Below, piece by piece: positions 1 through 14,640 of a stretch of 64,000 bases of DNA. The notes beneath the pieces were generated by a model, which saw nothing but the letters and a program-made list of their open reading frames with translations, was not told the origin of the DNA and did not search any database. The translations under genes and the position numbers were made by a program. Source of the DNA: Octopus sinensis (lineage: Eukaryota); contig NC_042998.1 of the NCBI RefSeq assembly GCF_006345805.1, positions 11,408,001-11,472,000 of the forward strand, read 5' to 3'. Position 1 is the stretch's first letter. Each line of letters opens with the position of its first letter.

Positions 1-660
1 ATAGTGTGTCGCTTTGACAAGAAGCTGAAGTTTGGGAGATTTTATGATTCTAGAACTGAATCCATTTCCTCAAGATAGCTGCGGGCAATTTTCTATATGC
101 AAACGTTTTATAAACTAGGAAATTTAGGGTATTGAATCTTCTAACGTGAAAATAATCCCATGTTTCTACTAAATAACTTATGACTGACTGCTTCTCTCTA
201 ACAAGATACAAACTGCATGGTGTTACCAGTAAAGATTAGATATTAAAGCTAATCTTTTTCTTAAGCACAAAATTCCATTATTGTAATGGATAATAGTTAC
301 AATCGATTTGTGGCAAATGATTATTGCAATTGGTGTGCATTGACGAACTGCGCTATATCTAACGATGGCCAACATTCTTCCACCTAATTTTCAGCTACTG
401 GTAACGTACTTCCCGTTGAAATGAACCATCGTTGATTACAAAAATTCTGGGACTACAGACATGACCTAACACTATACCTCCTTGCATCAATTCCACTGTT
501 CTTGTAAGGTATTAATATCTGAACGATTTATCCGTATCATAGAAGTAAATGTTCAAATGAATCTTGAAAAATAGGAGAAAATGTTCTTTAGAGCTATTAA
601 AAAACAATTGAAAAGAATATTTACAAAAATTCTGTTTTGTTTTCTTTCAGATAACAAATC

Positions 661-729
661 ATGAAAACTACTTCGATAGTCGTTTTGATTCTGTATTACT
701 GGCTAGGATGTTGCTATAGTTACAGAGAC
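661..729 (+). CDS. Coding exon 1 (signal peptide)
   Basis: Acceptor ttttctttcag ends at 650; ATG at 661; hydrophobic [20 protein letters not shown]; donor GAC|gtaagt at 730, phase 0. Confidence 0.85.
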
Positions 730-883
730 GTAAGTAAAGTAATCTTTCTATAATTTAACATTCGCATGTGCACATGAATGTAAGAACAAATATTTCCAAA
801 CACATATTCATACACCCCCACACACATATATACATACATACATACATATATATATATATACATACATACATATACATATATAT

Positions 884-947
<64 letters not shown>

Positions 948-952
948 CATAT

Positions 953-983
<31 letters not shown>

Positions 984-1037
984 CATACATACATTCATAC
1001 ATATATATATATACTTATATGCGTGTGTGTATATGCA

Positions 1038-1083
<46 letters not shown>

Positions 1084-3455
1084 ATATATATACGTACATA
1101 TATATGCACACGTATATAATATATATGTGTGTATGTGTATGTGTGTGTGTATCTGTGTGTGGTGGGGGTGTGATGCGTGTGTAGGCATACCGGAATGGAT
1201 GTATGGTGATGTGATGTTATTTGAGTTTATTTATGTATTTACGTTCTGTTATAATTTACATTATTTTGCATTGTTACTGTTATCATCATCATCATTGTTT
1301 GACCGTGGTCGAGACAGTGGAATTTACCATGCTACGCCAGACTTCACGGTCCATCATGGCATTACGGAGGTCCTGTTGCTGGATGCCTGTATCCCTGGAG
1401 ATTACATCAGGGTAGGAGAGTGTGCGCCCTCTCGTATTGCGAGTAGATGGCTTCCAGAGGAGAAGAGGAGAAATTACCTCTTTTTCAGCTCTACAACAAT
1501 GTCCAGCAAAATGGACTCTCCTACCTTTCACAAGAGATGACACAGGTGGTAGTTTCCCATATATTTGCATTTTGGTTGGATGGCGCTTCCACGAGAGGTT
1601 TTGAGCTCTCATAAGGAGGCGAGTGTAGGTTCCATCCAACCGCCTCTCAAGCTTCTTTGATAACGTCCAGGTTTCTGTTATAGTATGTACAAGCAGTGCC
1701 TTGATAGAAATGATAAAGCACTGGACTAAACCCATGTCGATATTTGGTTTCATGAATCTCTATGCATTGTGTTCAAAGACATTGAAGGCGATTTGAATTC
1801 ATTTGAGTTACAAGTTTATGAAGCATTAACCTGTAGCGACGTAGGTACAATAAGCTGCACCTCACATGCTACTTATTTATCGAAAATTGGATTGAGTTGT
1901 TGAGAGCTTGGCACTAAGTACCCGGTCAAAATGTAGCGTCGCCTCTGAACTGCTCTTTGAATGTATCTCATTTGAGATGTTTGTTAGAGACTGCATCAGA
2001 GAAGTTTATTGATTCAAACTAGGTCGATCGGTCCGATAATTTCGAAATGTAATTTTCAGTCGACTGCGTGATTATAATTATAAAAATGATTAATATTAAA
2101 TTTGGGGTTCGATAAAATTAAATAGTGGTTAAATAAGCACAGGAATGGAATTACCCTAATGTTCACACAGTTTCTTAGTTTATTTTAGAAGTTATTTAGA
2201 AGCGTAGTGTGATAAGAATGAGTGGAGGCGCAATAGCCCAGTGGTTAGGGCAGTGGACTCGCGGTCGTAGGATCGCGGTTTCGATTCCCAGACCGGGCGT
2301 TGTGAGTGTTTATTGAGCGAAAATACCTAAAGCTCCACGAGGCTCCGGCAGGGGATGGTGGTGATCCCTGCTGTACTCTTTCACCACAACTTTCTCTCAC
2401 TCTTACTTCCTGCTTCTGTTGTACCTGTATTTCAAAGGGCCGGCCTTGTCACTCACTGTGTCACGCTGAATATCCCCAAGAACTACGTTAAGGGTACACG
2501 TGTCTGTGGAGTGCTCAGCCACTTGCACGTTAATTCTTGGCGGAATTTGAACTCAGAACGTAACGGCACACGAAATACGGCTACGCATTTCGCCCGGTGT
2601 GCTAACGTTTCTGCCAGCTCACCGCCTTAAGAACGAGTATATAATTTATAAAATTTATTTGTGCCTGTCTGTGGTTCGAATTCAAATTGCGCAGGGATTG
2701 AATTTACTTCCCATCTTTACTGACGCCAACAATTCAAATAGCTGTTATATAAAACGATCTATATAACAACCTTACAAAACCGTAGTCCAACAAGAATGCG
2801 AGAACATCTTTGATTAATCCAATGATTCTTTTATTGTATTTTTATTCCTTCGACTAGTTTCAATCATTCGTCTGTGACCATAATGAAGCAATATATCCAT
2901 AAGTTTGGGCAATCATATAGACCTTAATACTTGCTTCAGTTTGGTACTCGATATATCGAAATTCATTTCTCCAGCTGTTTTGACGAAAGACATAAAAGGA
3001 TACATATACCATGAACTGCACTGGTTTAAAGTCAAACGTGAACATAGATAAAACATAGCTAGATACTTGTGTGTGAGTGTGTAATGTATGTGTGCGCGTG
3101 TGATGGGGTCACATTTTACATCATAAGCAAGCAGTAATTGGTTGTGCCAAATGGATAGAATATAGTATGTAGTTTAGTGATGTCTATTTCCGTATTTTTG
3201 GTTTTATTATTTCTTAATTTTCGCTCGCATTCAAGTAATTTTTTACCATATAGTATACAAAAAATAAACGATTGGACAAAACAATGAATGTTATACAGAG
3301 GACTCAGGCGATGGTCTAAATCGGCAGCAATTAGTTCACAGGAGAGTTATCCCTTATCTGATATTAGAAAGAATGCAAGGATACCAGCTAGATTTTTCAT
3401 TTCCCACACCAATTGATTTTATCGAACACTGCTATGAACTCTCTTCGGCACATAA

Positions 3456-3551
<96 letters not shown>

Positions 3552-6500
3552 ACCATTCCATGCTGTATGAATGCACCAATCCTTCCACGCCTAGTTTTCT
3601 TACACTTTGGCTTTTATAGCATATAAGTTTAGAAAGAGGTTTGCTATCTTAGCACCCTCACTCAACTCTCCGCTATTTTTCTAAGCACTGACACTGTAAG
3701 TGGTCATCTACAACATTCTCACCGCAGAGCATCGACGATTTAGAGAGAGAGAGAGATTGAGCAAGAAAGAGAGATGCTACGAGATAGAGGGGGAGAGGGG
3801 GGAGAGAGAAGGAGAAAAATCATTTCAAGTACATGCGCTGCACTTTATTTCTCGACACCTGAAAATGAAAGATAAACTTTAAACGCTTCTTGACTACCTT
3901 ATCCTCACCTATTTTTAATGTACATACATGTAATATCGGGCCAGAGAAATTTAGTTCCAGATACTAGTTTGACGCGGGTGACTACTAACCACAGCACGAC
4001 CCTACAATCAGTGAATATTTGATACATTAAGGCGGCGAGCTGGCAGAAACGTTAGCACGCTGGGCGAAATGCTTAGCGATATTCGTCTGACTTTACGTTC
4101 TGAGTTCAAATTCCGCCGAAGTCGACTTTGCCTTTCATCCTTTCGGGGTTAATAAATTAAGTACCAGTTGCGTACTAGGGTCGATCTAATAGACTGGTCC
4201 CGTCCTCCCCCAAAATTTCGGGCCTTGTGCCTAGAGTTGAAAAGAATATTTGATGCATTGCTTGATCTTAGTCATTACTCCAACGTGGTTTCAATCAAAT
4301 TCAGTTATGTAGTTACTGCGCTTCATTTGTACCCACATAACCTCCTTTGTCACCAGTATCCATATAATATTGCTCACTACCCACCTTCAGAACCACTGCG
4401 TTACAGAATCGACCCACGCGTTCATTAATGTAGAAGATGAAAATACGACATGTTTATAATAGTCGGACCGTCTTCAGATATAATTTTGCTCAATCTGGGC
4501 TGATCTAGAACATAACATCTTCAAAGTCTCTTTAACGTCTCTTTTCCCTTAAAAATTGTTTATTTCTGTATTTATAAAATAAGTGGTTGTAGGGGTAACA
4601 GAGAACAACTACAGTGAGTGATAACAATGATTTGGCAGAATCATCACAATGTCGGCCGTGAGCGATTCAGTTTCGGCCCTTTACATGTTGAGTCCCGATA
4701 CGACGAGATTAATTTTGCCTTTCATCTTTCGGAATAAATAAAACAAAAGAACCAGTCAAGCACTAGGGCCGAATTATATTCCTATTAAATGTACTAATAT
4801 ATGTGTATGAGTTTATGACAGAACACTGTTTTCTTTTCTCATTGTAATTACGTTTCTGTTTTTTTATCAATTTACAAGAAAGCTTCTCTCATTCTATGTA
4901 CTTTTATCCTAAATTCAGCAACATGAAAGGAAACGGCTAAGGAATGTATTTACTTATTCTTCTCTGGTATTTTTCTTAACTATGAATTATTTAGTGGCAG
5001 CAGTAGTCCTAAGACCTGAATTTGGTAAAATGGCGACAATTTTTCTAAGTTGTGTAGTGCCAGGTTCACCTTGCACCAGTAAGACATATGATAAAAGACA
5101 TTCCAAACTTGATCATGTCATTTGTTTCAGTACGCTGAAAACCACATTTTCGTTACTTTTTTTCTTTAAGATGGTTGGGTGTGGACTGGGGGAAGATTTA
5201 GCTGCTATTCCTGGCGTCGATTGCATTAACTACTTCTAATATTGTTTAATCATTTTTACCTCTAAAAATCAAAGATGTCCGATTTTCAAATTTTTTTTTC
5301 TTTTCTCTCCTCACTCCTCATCCTTTCTTGTTATTCTCCCTTCCTACATTTTCCCCTTCATATTTGCCTCTCTTTTCATGAGATTTTTCTTACTTTTCTC
5401 TTTTAATTTCACATTGTTCTACCTTTCTATCTTTATTTTAGTTATATTATTTATTTGCTTATTTTATTTGACGATTTTTTCCCCACACAACAATTATTTC
5501 TGTCCGGTCAATTAGGTTAGACTTCCTTTTTATTTATTCATCTTTTGTTTTCCGTAGCCTAGGCTGCACTATAATTTTTTTTTTAATATTAAAATTAAAG
5601 AGTAGTGGTGCAGCAGGTGCGAAATTCTTGGAGAATTAATCATAGTTTTTCTGAACCACCTGTGACTGGGGAACGCGAGGCGACCTACGCGACATTCAAT
5701 GTAGTATGACCGCGGACGAATTACTGCGCCGACTTGATCAGCACCGTCTGGCATGTTTCCGCTCACAAAGGAGTTTGGCTCAATGCGGTGTTATCACTCG
5801 CAGCTGGCACTCAGCTTGATAGCGATTGTCTGCGTACCGGCGTTTCCTTGAGGCTCAGCCTCTATATCTGTGAGGTTCATGAATGCCACTCCGGATCCAC
5901 AATTGATTTTTCAGCCTCCACACACCGACATGCTCTCGTAGTGCAGGTCGCCTTCCACGCCAAGCCGCCCTTAACAAGAGCATAAAGTTTGGCCTAGGTG
6001 CCACAGACTTCCCTTCCAGCTCGAACCAGCGGGCTAGACGGAAGGGACAGTAAAAGGCCAGATGGTATGACAATTTTCTCATTCAGTGGAAGTAGGCCCC
6101 ACATCTGAGATTCCACAAGCTGTGACATCTTCTCTAACGGCAATTTAGTGTTGCCAGCTACCAGCTCAGGATCCACTGATCGTCAGACTGAGAAGAGCAA
6201 ACTGCCAAGGTATCGGTCGCTCTCCGACAGATTCATGGTCGAGCCTGTAGTAGCGTAGCCTGAAGTACTTTTACGCCTCAGTTAATGAATGTAAATTTGT
6301 GTAACCTTAATTCTAAATACGGTAGAATTAATCTATGTAAAGGATGAGGGAAATAATTTATTATATTTTTGAGTAGATTCATTCTTATCGTTGATTTTTC
6401 AGTATATTCGCTTGATTGCCTCAACAAAATGTGATGTGATCCTGAAGCCCTAGAAATACACTTCATAATGACTTCTAATTATACTCTGAATCACATTAAT

Positions 6501-7652
6501 TATTCTCATCTATAAATCATCAATTGAAATATATACACACTACTAATCGCTAGGTAACCACAAATAACGACAGAATCTCAATGGTAAATATTTTCGGTTA
6601 CCAAATACCGAGTTCTCCAATGCATCAAGTAAATTTCTTCAGAAATATTAGTGTGTGCATAGAGAAACAGGAATTGTCCATCATATGTAGTCAAATAATA
6701 TTTATTTGTTACTGTTTAGTTAGAGAGGGAAGAGCAGAGTCCATGGCCCATGGTCAGCTGTCGGGAAGGGAGAAAGTTCACTTACTCTATCTCAGTATTG
6801 ACTGGTACCTGATTTATTAAGTCCTGAAGGAAAGGACTGATGGCAATGGTTCTGAGAATGTAGATGAACTCTCATCACACCTCTTCTGTTTCTGGTACTC
6901 TACTCACTATGATTCAACTACAATATCAATTTCAAATTGTGACACAAAACCACATTAGAGAAAGGACATATTTAATAATATTAGACCTGTAACACTCGAG
7001 TGGTACTTATTTTATGAAACCAGGCAGAATGAAATTCGAAGTCTACGCCAGAAGAATTTAAAATCAGAACATAAATCTATTTCATTCGTCCTTCAACCGA
7101 TTCTGTCAACCCACCAATCTTAGATCCATCTAAAATACTAAAATGGAAGATTTGATCACCCAGAGGCTTTTGAGATTTGCTGGTTTGTATATTCAGTTGT
7201 TAATTAATTCCTATAACAAATTAATTAATTCATATAACAAATTTAGAAACCTTCGACTGTGCCTAAATCAAAATTTAATTTGTATTTATTTCATTTCTTG
7301 AACGTGTACATGTGTATGTATGTGTACGTATGTATATGTATTTGTGTGTGCACACACACACACATATACGCACCACGTACACACACGTGCGCGCGCGCAC
7401 ATATACACACTTATACATAGTTTTCTAATCCCTATTCTTAAAATATCTGTTTCATGTGTATGTAAGACTTCAGCATATAAAATATATAAAAAATATTACT
7501 TTCTAGTGTGTAGCAAGATACACACACCCATACGCATATGCATATTTGTGATTCTGTATGTGTGTATGTGTATTTGATACTCCCGTATGTTATACATGTG
7601 TGCGTTGTATATTTACGGTTGTAATGTTGATTGTTCGGCTTGTACACATCCT

Positions 7653-7695
<43 letters not shown>

Positions 7696-10600
7696 CTAGG
7701 TAAGATAAAAAACAAAATGTTGTCAGTTTTGAAATAGAAGCTTTGGTTTCAGTCTGTCGGTGTATATGTCCTACTTAAGAAATATATTAGGAATGAGGTG
7801 TGAACTGACTGCACTGACCTATTGAACGGTTTCGGCTATTTCACCCAGTTAAAGCATTCGTATATTTAGTGGTAATTAAGTACCGGAAGTACTTGTTCTT
7901 GTATTCAATGGACGAGCGCGGGAAAAGAATTAAAAGAAACATTAGTTTTCATTTATTGGCTTTATTTAATGCCTTTAGAATACGTATAACTCTGCTGTGT
8001 TCGAGACAATACAATGGCATATAAAATGCCTTTGAGTATGATGCATACATATCCATAAATACATGTGTGTATGTAAACTGTCTTTTTATGTGTGTTTATG
8101 GTGCTATGTATGTATGCTCACACACATATGTATACATGTGTATGATTGCATGTATACGTACATTGTGCCCAATTGTTATTAAATAATTGGATAGTAGCTA
8201 GTAGTATTCATTTTTGTCCTCCAGAAAATGTACTAAAATTATCCAGTGGGTTTAATGAGTAAATGTAATTATTTTATTTATAGTTTTTCTTTAAAAAAAA
8301 AACAACTTATTTTATTCATGTTTTGACAACTTATTAATTTTATTGCCTGTTGTTTTGTTGATTTTTCCCCTTCCCTACTTCTTCAAGTTTTCTGAACTAA
8401 AAGCTGCAGATTTGCCAAATTGTTTTAGCATTTCATTCTTATTTTAAAAATCCTGCCAAATAATTTAGTGTCTCTTCTGTGTCACTCAGCAAGCAACAAA
8501 ATAGAATGAACTTGCTTAACCATCCATATATGGTGAGCTCCATTATCTTGCTAAAATAGCAACCAAGTCCCTCTGTCTCGAATCACATCTTGTTGCCTAT
8601 AAAAATGCAAAGGAAGGACACACCCGACAATGTCATCATAAGTATATTAAAAAGATGAACACTTAACGCTTGAACGTCTTTGATCATAGGACTATTCGGT
8701 CGAGCTGACCTTGAGATAATCGGCAACAATATTTTTCATGAGTCTCTAAGCAGTCACTCGACCTGCTAAAAATGACAACCGAACCTCACTCAAAACACGT
8801 CCCACTATGTTAACAAAATTATGTTAGCATACAAATCGAAGATGGTTCCTGGTAAACACGTATAGGTAAAAGAATCTGCACGGCGTTCAATTAGAATTCC
8901 TATTGGCCATTTTAAAACACATATTATTATTAATTTAAGTCACCACTGCTAAGTTTCGAGTATTAACTGTTAATTAGATAATCACTGCTCCAGTTCTGTA
9001 CACATATATCATTTATTTACAAGAAATTAAAAGGTCTGAGCCGGTAAGTGTGATCTTCTTTATGGACACAAAATGGCGCCAAGTGGCACTTAATATGCTG
9101 ATCCTTCACAACATGGAAATGATAACGCGAATGGAAATAAAATGAAATAAAGAACAGCTTCTACGTGGTTATGCAATACAATGAATGAGAATGACTGAAG
9201 GCTAAAATTAGAAAGATAAAACTGAAATCTAAGCATAAATAATATCAGTCTAATATTGATGTATCGTATTACATCAATATATATTGGTCACAGACTGAAG
9301 CCATTAGAATATTTATGGTTCTATTATTTATACATAGACGAAGGCGGCGAACTGGGAGAAACGTTAGCACGCCGGGCGAAATGCGTAGCCGTATTTCGTC
9401 TGCCGTTACGTTCTGAATTCAAATTCTGCCGAGGTCGACTTTGCCTTTCATCCTTTCGAGGTCGATTAAATAAGTACCAATTACGCACCGGGGTCGATAT
9501 AATCGACTTAATCCGTTTGTCTGTCCTTCTTTGTCCCCTCTGTGTTTAGCCCCTTGTGGGCAGTAAAGAAATAGGTATTTCGTCTGTCGCTACGTTCTGA
9601 GTTCAAATTTCGCCGAGATCGACTTAATCCCTTTCCTGAGTTCAGGTGTTTTGCCTACAGTAGAAAGGATTGTTATTATTATTATTATCATTGTTATTAT
9701 TATTAAGGTGGTGAGCTGGCAGAAACGTTAGCACGCCGGGCGAAATGTGTAGCCGTATTTCGTCTGCCGTTACGTTCTGAGTTCAATTTCGGTCGAGGTC
9801 GACTTTGCCTTTCATCCTTTCCGGGTCGATTAAATAAGTACCAGTTACGCACTGGGGTCGATATCATCGACTTAATCCGTTTATCTGTTCTTGTTTGTCC
9901 TCTCTGTGTTTAGCCCCTTGTCGGTAGTAAAGAAATAGGTATTTAGTACGTCTTTACATTCTGAGTTCAAATTCTGCAGAGATCGATTTTGCCTTTCATC
10001 CTTTCTGGGTCAATGTAATAGATCGATTTTGCCTTTCATCCTTTCTGGGTCAATGTAATAAATACCAGCTGAGCACTGGGGTGGATATAATCGATTAGCC
10101 GCCCGGCCAAAATTTTAGACCTTGTGCCTTTAGTAGAAAGGATTATTTATACGTAAACGGGCGAGAAAATAGCAAAGTCCTTATCGTGTGGGCAAAAATG
10201 CTTTGCGGTATTTCTTCCCGCTCTTTACATTCTAAGTTCAAGTTATGTAGAGAGCCAATTTACCTTTCGTCTTTTCGATGTTGATAAAATAAAGTGCCAG
10301 CAAGTATTGGGTTCTATGGCATCAACTAACCCCACATCTCACAATTACTGGCCTTGTAACAAAATTTGAAAACATTATTTGCAAATATAATATAAAAGGC
10401 TGCGAATTGTTAGGGATAGGTACTTTTTACTGTATTTCTACAAGCTCTCTGACCAGTGAGTTCAAATCACGCCCTGGTCAAATTTTACTTCTTTCTTCAA
10501 TAGGAATTGATAAATAACGTACCAGTTCACTACGGTACAGAGGTGGAATTGTTAGAGTGTCAAACGAGACACCTTGCAGTATGTCCACCGGTTCGTCGCG

Positions 10601-13600
10601 TTCTGAATTCAGATTCTATCTAGGGATTCGAATCCCCCGATAGCCAAGGATAGTTAATTATAGGGCTCCAAATTATTATGAAAGCTATATGGATGATGAG
10701 AGATGCAACCGTCCTCCACTACAACAGTTAAAAGATGAAGGCAGATGTATGATGTACAACGTCACATGAAGCGGGATGGAATTTATTGATTTTATATAAT
10801 TATTTTATTTTTTTTAACAACTTTACTTTTCTGCAACAAATACTCAACACCAGTTTGTCATAGCTTTCTTTCGCTGATTTGTTAGTAACAGTACTCTTTA
10901 TATAAAAAATATTTGGGTTTTAAGCCGTACAGATTTTGTGAAATTCGTATACGGTAAAAAGCAATAAGAAAAATAATATATGTAATTTTGTCCAATAAAA
11001 CAGTCGGGTGTTGACTCGTTTCCTTCGAGACTTTGAGAAAATAGTTGGGTTGCTGTGCTCTACTATATGGGTCAGCAAACTGGCTGAATTGTATTTAAGG
11101 ACATAGTAATATATTAAGAGTGTGGAGGTGCAATGGCCCAGTGGTTAGGGCAGCGGACTCGCGGTCGTAGGATCGCGGTTTCGATTCCCAGACCGGGCGT
11201 TGTGAGTGTTTATTGAGCGAAAACACCTAAATGGTGGTGATCCCTGCTGTACTCTTTCTCTCACTCTTACTTCCTGTTTCTGCTGTACCTGTATTTCAAA
11301 GGGCCGGCCTTGTCACTCTCTTGTGTCACGCTGAATATCCCCGAGAACTACGTTAAAGGTACACGTGTCTGTGGAGTGCTCAGCCACTTACACGTTAATT
11401 TCACGAGCAGGCTGTTCCGTTGATCGGATCAACCGGAACCCTCGTCGTCGTAACCGACGGAGTGCTTCCATCCAATATATTGAGAAACTTAAGAACTTCA
11501 GCAATATTTAGATATCCATTCCTTCTACAACATTTCTTGTCCATATAATAGTTTAATCTGTTTTCTCCTTAATTTCTTTTAATACCTTAGTTCCACGCTT
11601 CTGGATGTTGTATTTACTATTTCTGCGTTTTAATAGGATCTTCGTATATTATGAATGTAAAATATTATGTACAGAAGAAAAACTTTCGAAGAACAAGGAC
11701 ACTTTAAGCTTAAACTTTCCTGTCTTGTTCTCCTTACGGTTACTAATAATTCTCATCTTTACGATGTTGTTGTTCGTTCTTATAAGAAGAGTTTCAATTC
11801 TAGCAATTGCTTTCGTCGAATATCTGTCTCTTCATCCTTCTTATTTCTCAAATATATATTACTTTAATTTTTTAAATCGTGTGTCGATCATTCTGTGGTT
11901 TTAAGGTTGCTTCTTGTAAGACCTCACCACCTCTTTTTCTATGTAACTTCAAGCAAAATTATTAAAGTCGTGAGACTTGTATTATTGTTGGTTGTATGCC
12001 GCCTCCTTACGAATGGATTCCAACTTTTAAACAATATTGATATCTTACTAAAGTAATTCAAAAATAGTACTGAATGATAATGTATATTCACATAGCATGA
12101 AGGTTACTACAAGTGAATGTAAAAAGTCAGAGAAATGATATATAATAGATCCTCTTATAAATGATTAAACAAAGAATTGACAGATTTGTTAGGACATCGG
12201 ACTAAATGTCTGCTGTATATAGTTATGGGCCTTTACGTTTAGATTTTACCATGGTCAACTTTGCTTCTTCCATTCTTCTGATGAAATAAAGAACGGGCCA
12301 AGTACAGGGGACTGGCTTTATAACGCTATAAAAGATCCAAGGTATGAACAGAATTGATGCAGAAGACATCACGAAGTAACGAGAGAAACCAACCTGATAG
12401 CTCGAACTATTAGAAATATCAGCCAAATTGCAATTACTGTCTTAAATATTAGGATACATTCAGCGATCACATGCGATGATACATGATGGCCGTCGTTCGA
12501 ATGCCTGCGATTTTGGCTCAGTCAAGGCTGACCTGGTGCAAAACAATATCAATTTCTAAATCCTGATGTACCTGTCCTTTTAAATATTGCTATTGTTACA
12601 TAGCTTCTGGTGACCTTTGATCGACCTTGTTCGTAATCAAATGTACTCCATCTCGTCCAGTCTTTTTATGTGTGCTTAGGATTACATTATTTAATGTGTC
12701 TTTCTTATTTAAGACAGTAGACATGTTTTTAGAGATATTTCACCGCTATTTCTATAGATCGAGCAAACTTGTAGAAACTGTCTTTGACTCGAGTTGCTGG
12801 TATATCAGTGAAGGACAAGTCAGCCTGGCTCGCCGAAGTCTATTTTTCACCAAAACACATTAAAGAGAAGTTGAACTCAATACTGCAAGCTAATAAAGCC
12901 CCCACCAATTCAATGATAATCTTACTTCTTGTTGCAGTTAACAGTAACTGTGAATTGTAGCCGTTTATCAGTAGGGTGTATTTTGAAAGGGATTGGTTGC
13001 GAATTATAGTAGATTGAGCGATTACATAGAGTCTTTCTTGTTGACATACTACTATCTTCAGTAAGAAGGTAATTCTCAACACAATATTTTCTCCCTCTCC
13101 CTTTGTGTGTGCGGATGCGTGTTTGTGTGTATGTATGTATGTATGTATGTATGTATGTATGTATGTATGTATGTATGTATGTATGTATGTATGTATGCCA
13201 GGCTGACTTGTCCTTCACTGATATACCAGCAACTCGAGTCAAAGACAGTTTCTACAAGTTTCCTCGATCTATAGAAATAGCGGTGAAATATCTCTAAAAA
13301 CATGTCTACTGTCTTAAATAAGAAAGACACATTAAATAATGTAATCCTAACCAGGCCACATAAAAGGCTATAATGTTTATAAATAGAATAATATAAGGTT
13401 AAACAACTATTATTTATAACTAGATGTGAAATAAATGGTGATAGTTAGGTGTCTTGACCATAAATACAACGCAGCACTGATGCTGGATGCGAACCACCAT
13501 ACCTCGAAACACTAGATCGACGCCCATTACTTTAGCCAGCTGCGCCTCCTGTTTGCTGTTTTAAGATTGGTTACAAGAAATGGCATGATATGGCGTGATT

Positions 13601-14608
13601 TCGGGGCTTCAGAAGAGATAGTACCTTTGCCCTTTTATACCGCTATGATTTGACATACATAAACAACAACTGTCTGAATAGGCTAAAGAGGGAAAGAAAG
13701 GAAAAGAAAAGGAAGAAGGCGCTTGATCTAGTTTTTTTTAATAGAAAAGCCTATCCTATTTACCTGCCCGTTATTCATATTCCCTCATCAGTCATATATC
13801 GACTTATGTGTAACGATAACTGGGAAGGGGTGGGATAATACGGTGTGCAGAGAAATTTATAATGATATATACTTAATCTAAGCAAGTACCGCCCTGATTT
13901 GAACATATTTTCGCACATCCAGCATTCCCCATCCCTTTATTTCTGTCTCTCCCTCTCTCTCCCGCTCATTCTCTTCTGTCTGTCTGTGTGTGTGTGTGTC
14001 TCTCTCTCTCTCTCTCTCTTTCGTGCCCCTCTCTGAATCTCTTCTGTCTTTACTCAAAAACATACACACGCAAATACACGCACACTCATACATATATGTA
14101 TAAGTATGCACGTATATATATAATATATATATATATAATATATATATATATATATACACATACATACATACATACATACATACATACATACATACATACA
14201 TACATACATACAAACACGCATCCGCACACACAAAGGGAGAAGGAGAAAGAGAGAGAGTGATAGATAGATAGATAGATAGATGTTGACAAGTAATCAGATT
14301 CTGTTAGAATCGAAATACAATTGAAATACAATCAACTCTCTAAAGATGTCAACAAATAATAGTATATATAACACACTCTTGAACCATTAAGTACACTATT
14401 TTGCACTATATATCCAATCCATTACTGGAACTGTAAAAATCTGCTAAGCTTCCAGAAGTTTATCATTTAAATATATATGACCACGTCTAGAAATGCAACT
14501 ATATGCATGAGAATACATAGATAAAGCCAAATATACAATTCTACATACATACATACATACCTACATACATACATAATACATACATGCATACATACATACA
14601 TACATACA

Positions 14609-14640
<32 letters not shown>

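Noticed and set aside
2226-2300. tRNA-like sequences (also at 11125, 29481, 33356)
   Set aside because: SINE heads: no complete cloverleaf, and each continues into a SINE body.
3685-3700. Candidate 10-nt bridging micro-exon (ctaag|cactgacact|gtaagt)
   Set aside because: In-frame TGA; exon 24527-24608 fits better.
9024-9049. Candidate exon ending ccg|gtaagt
   Set aside because: Wrong phase (20 nt) or an in-frame stop (10 nt), and a weak acceptor.
10690-10790. Possible C/D snoRNA (ATGATGA)
   Set aside because: No D box or terminal stem found.
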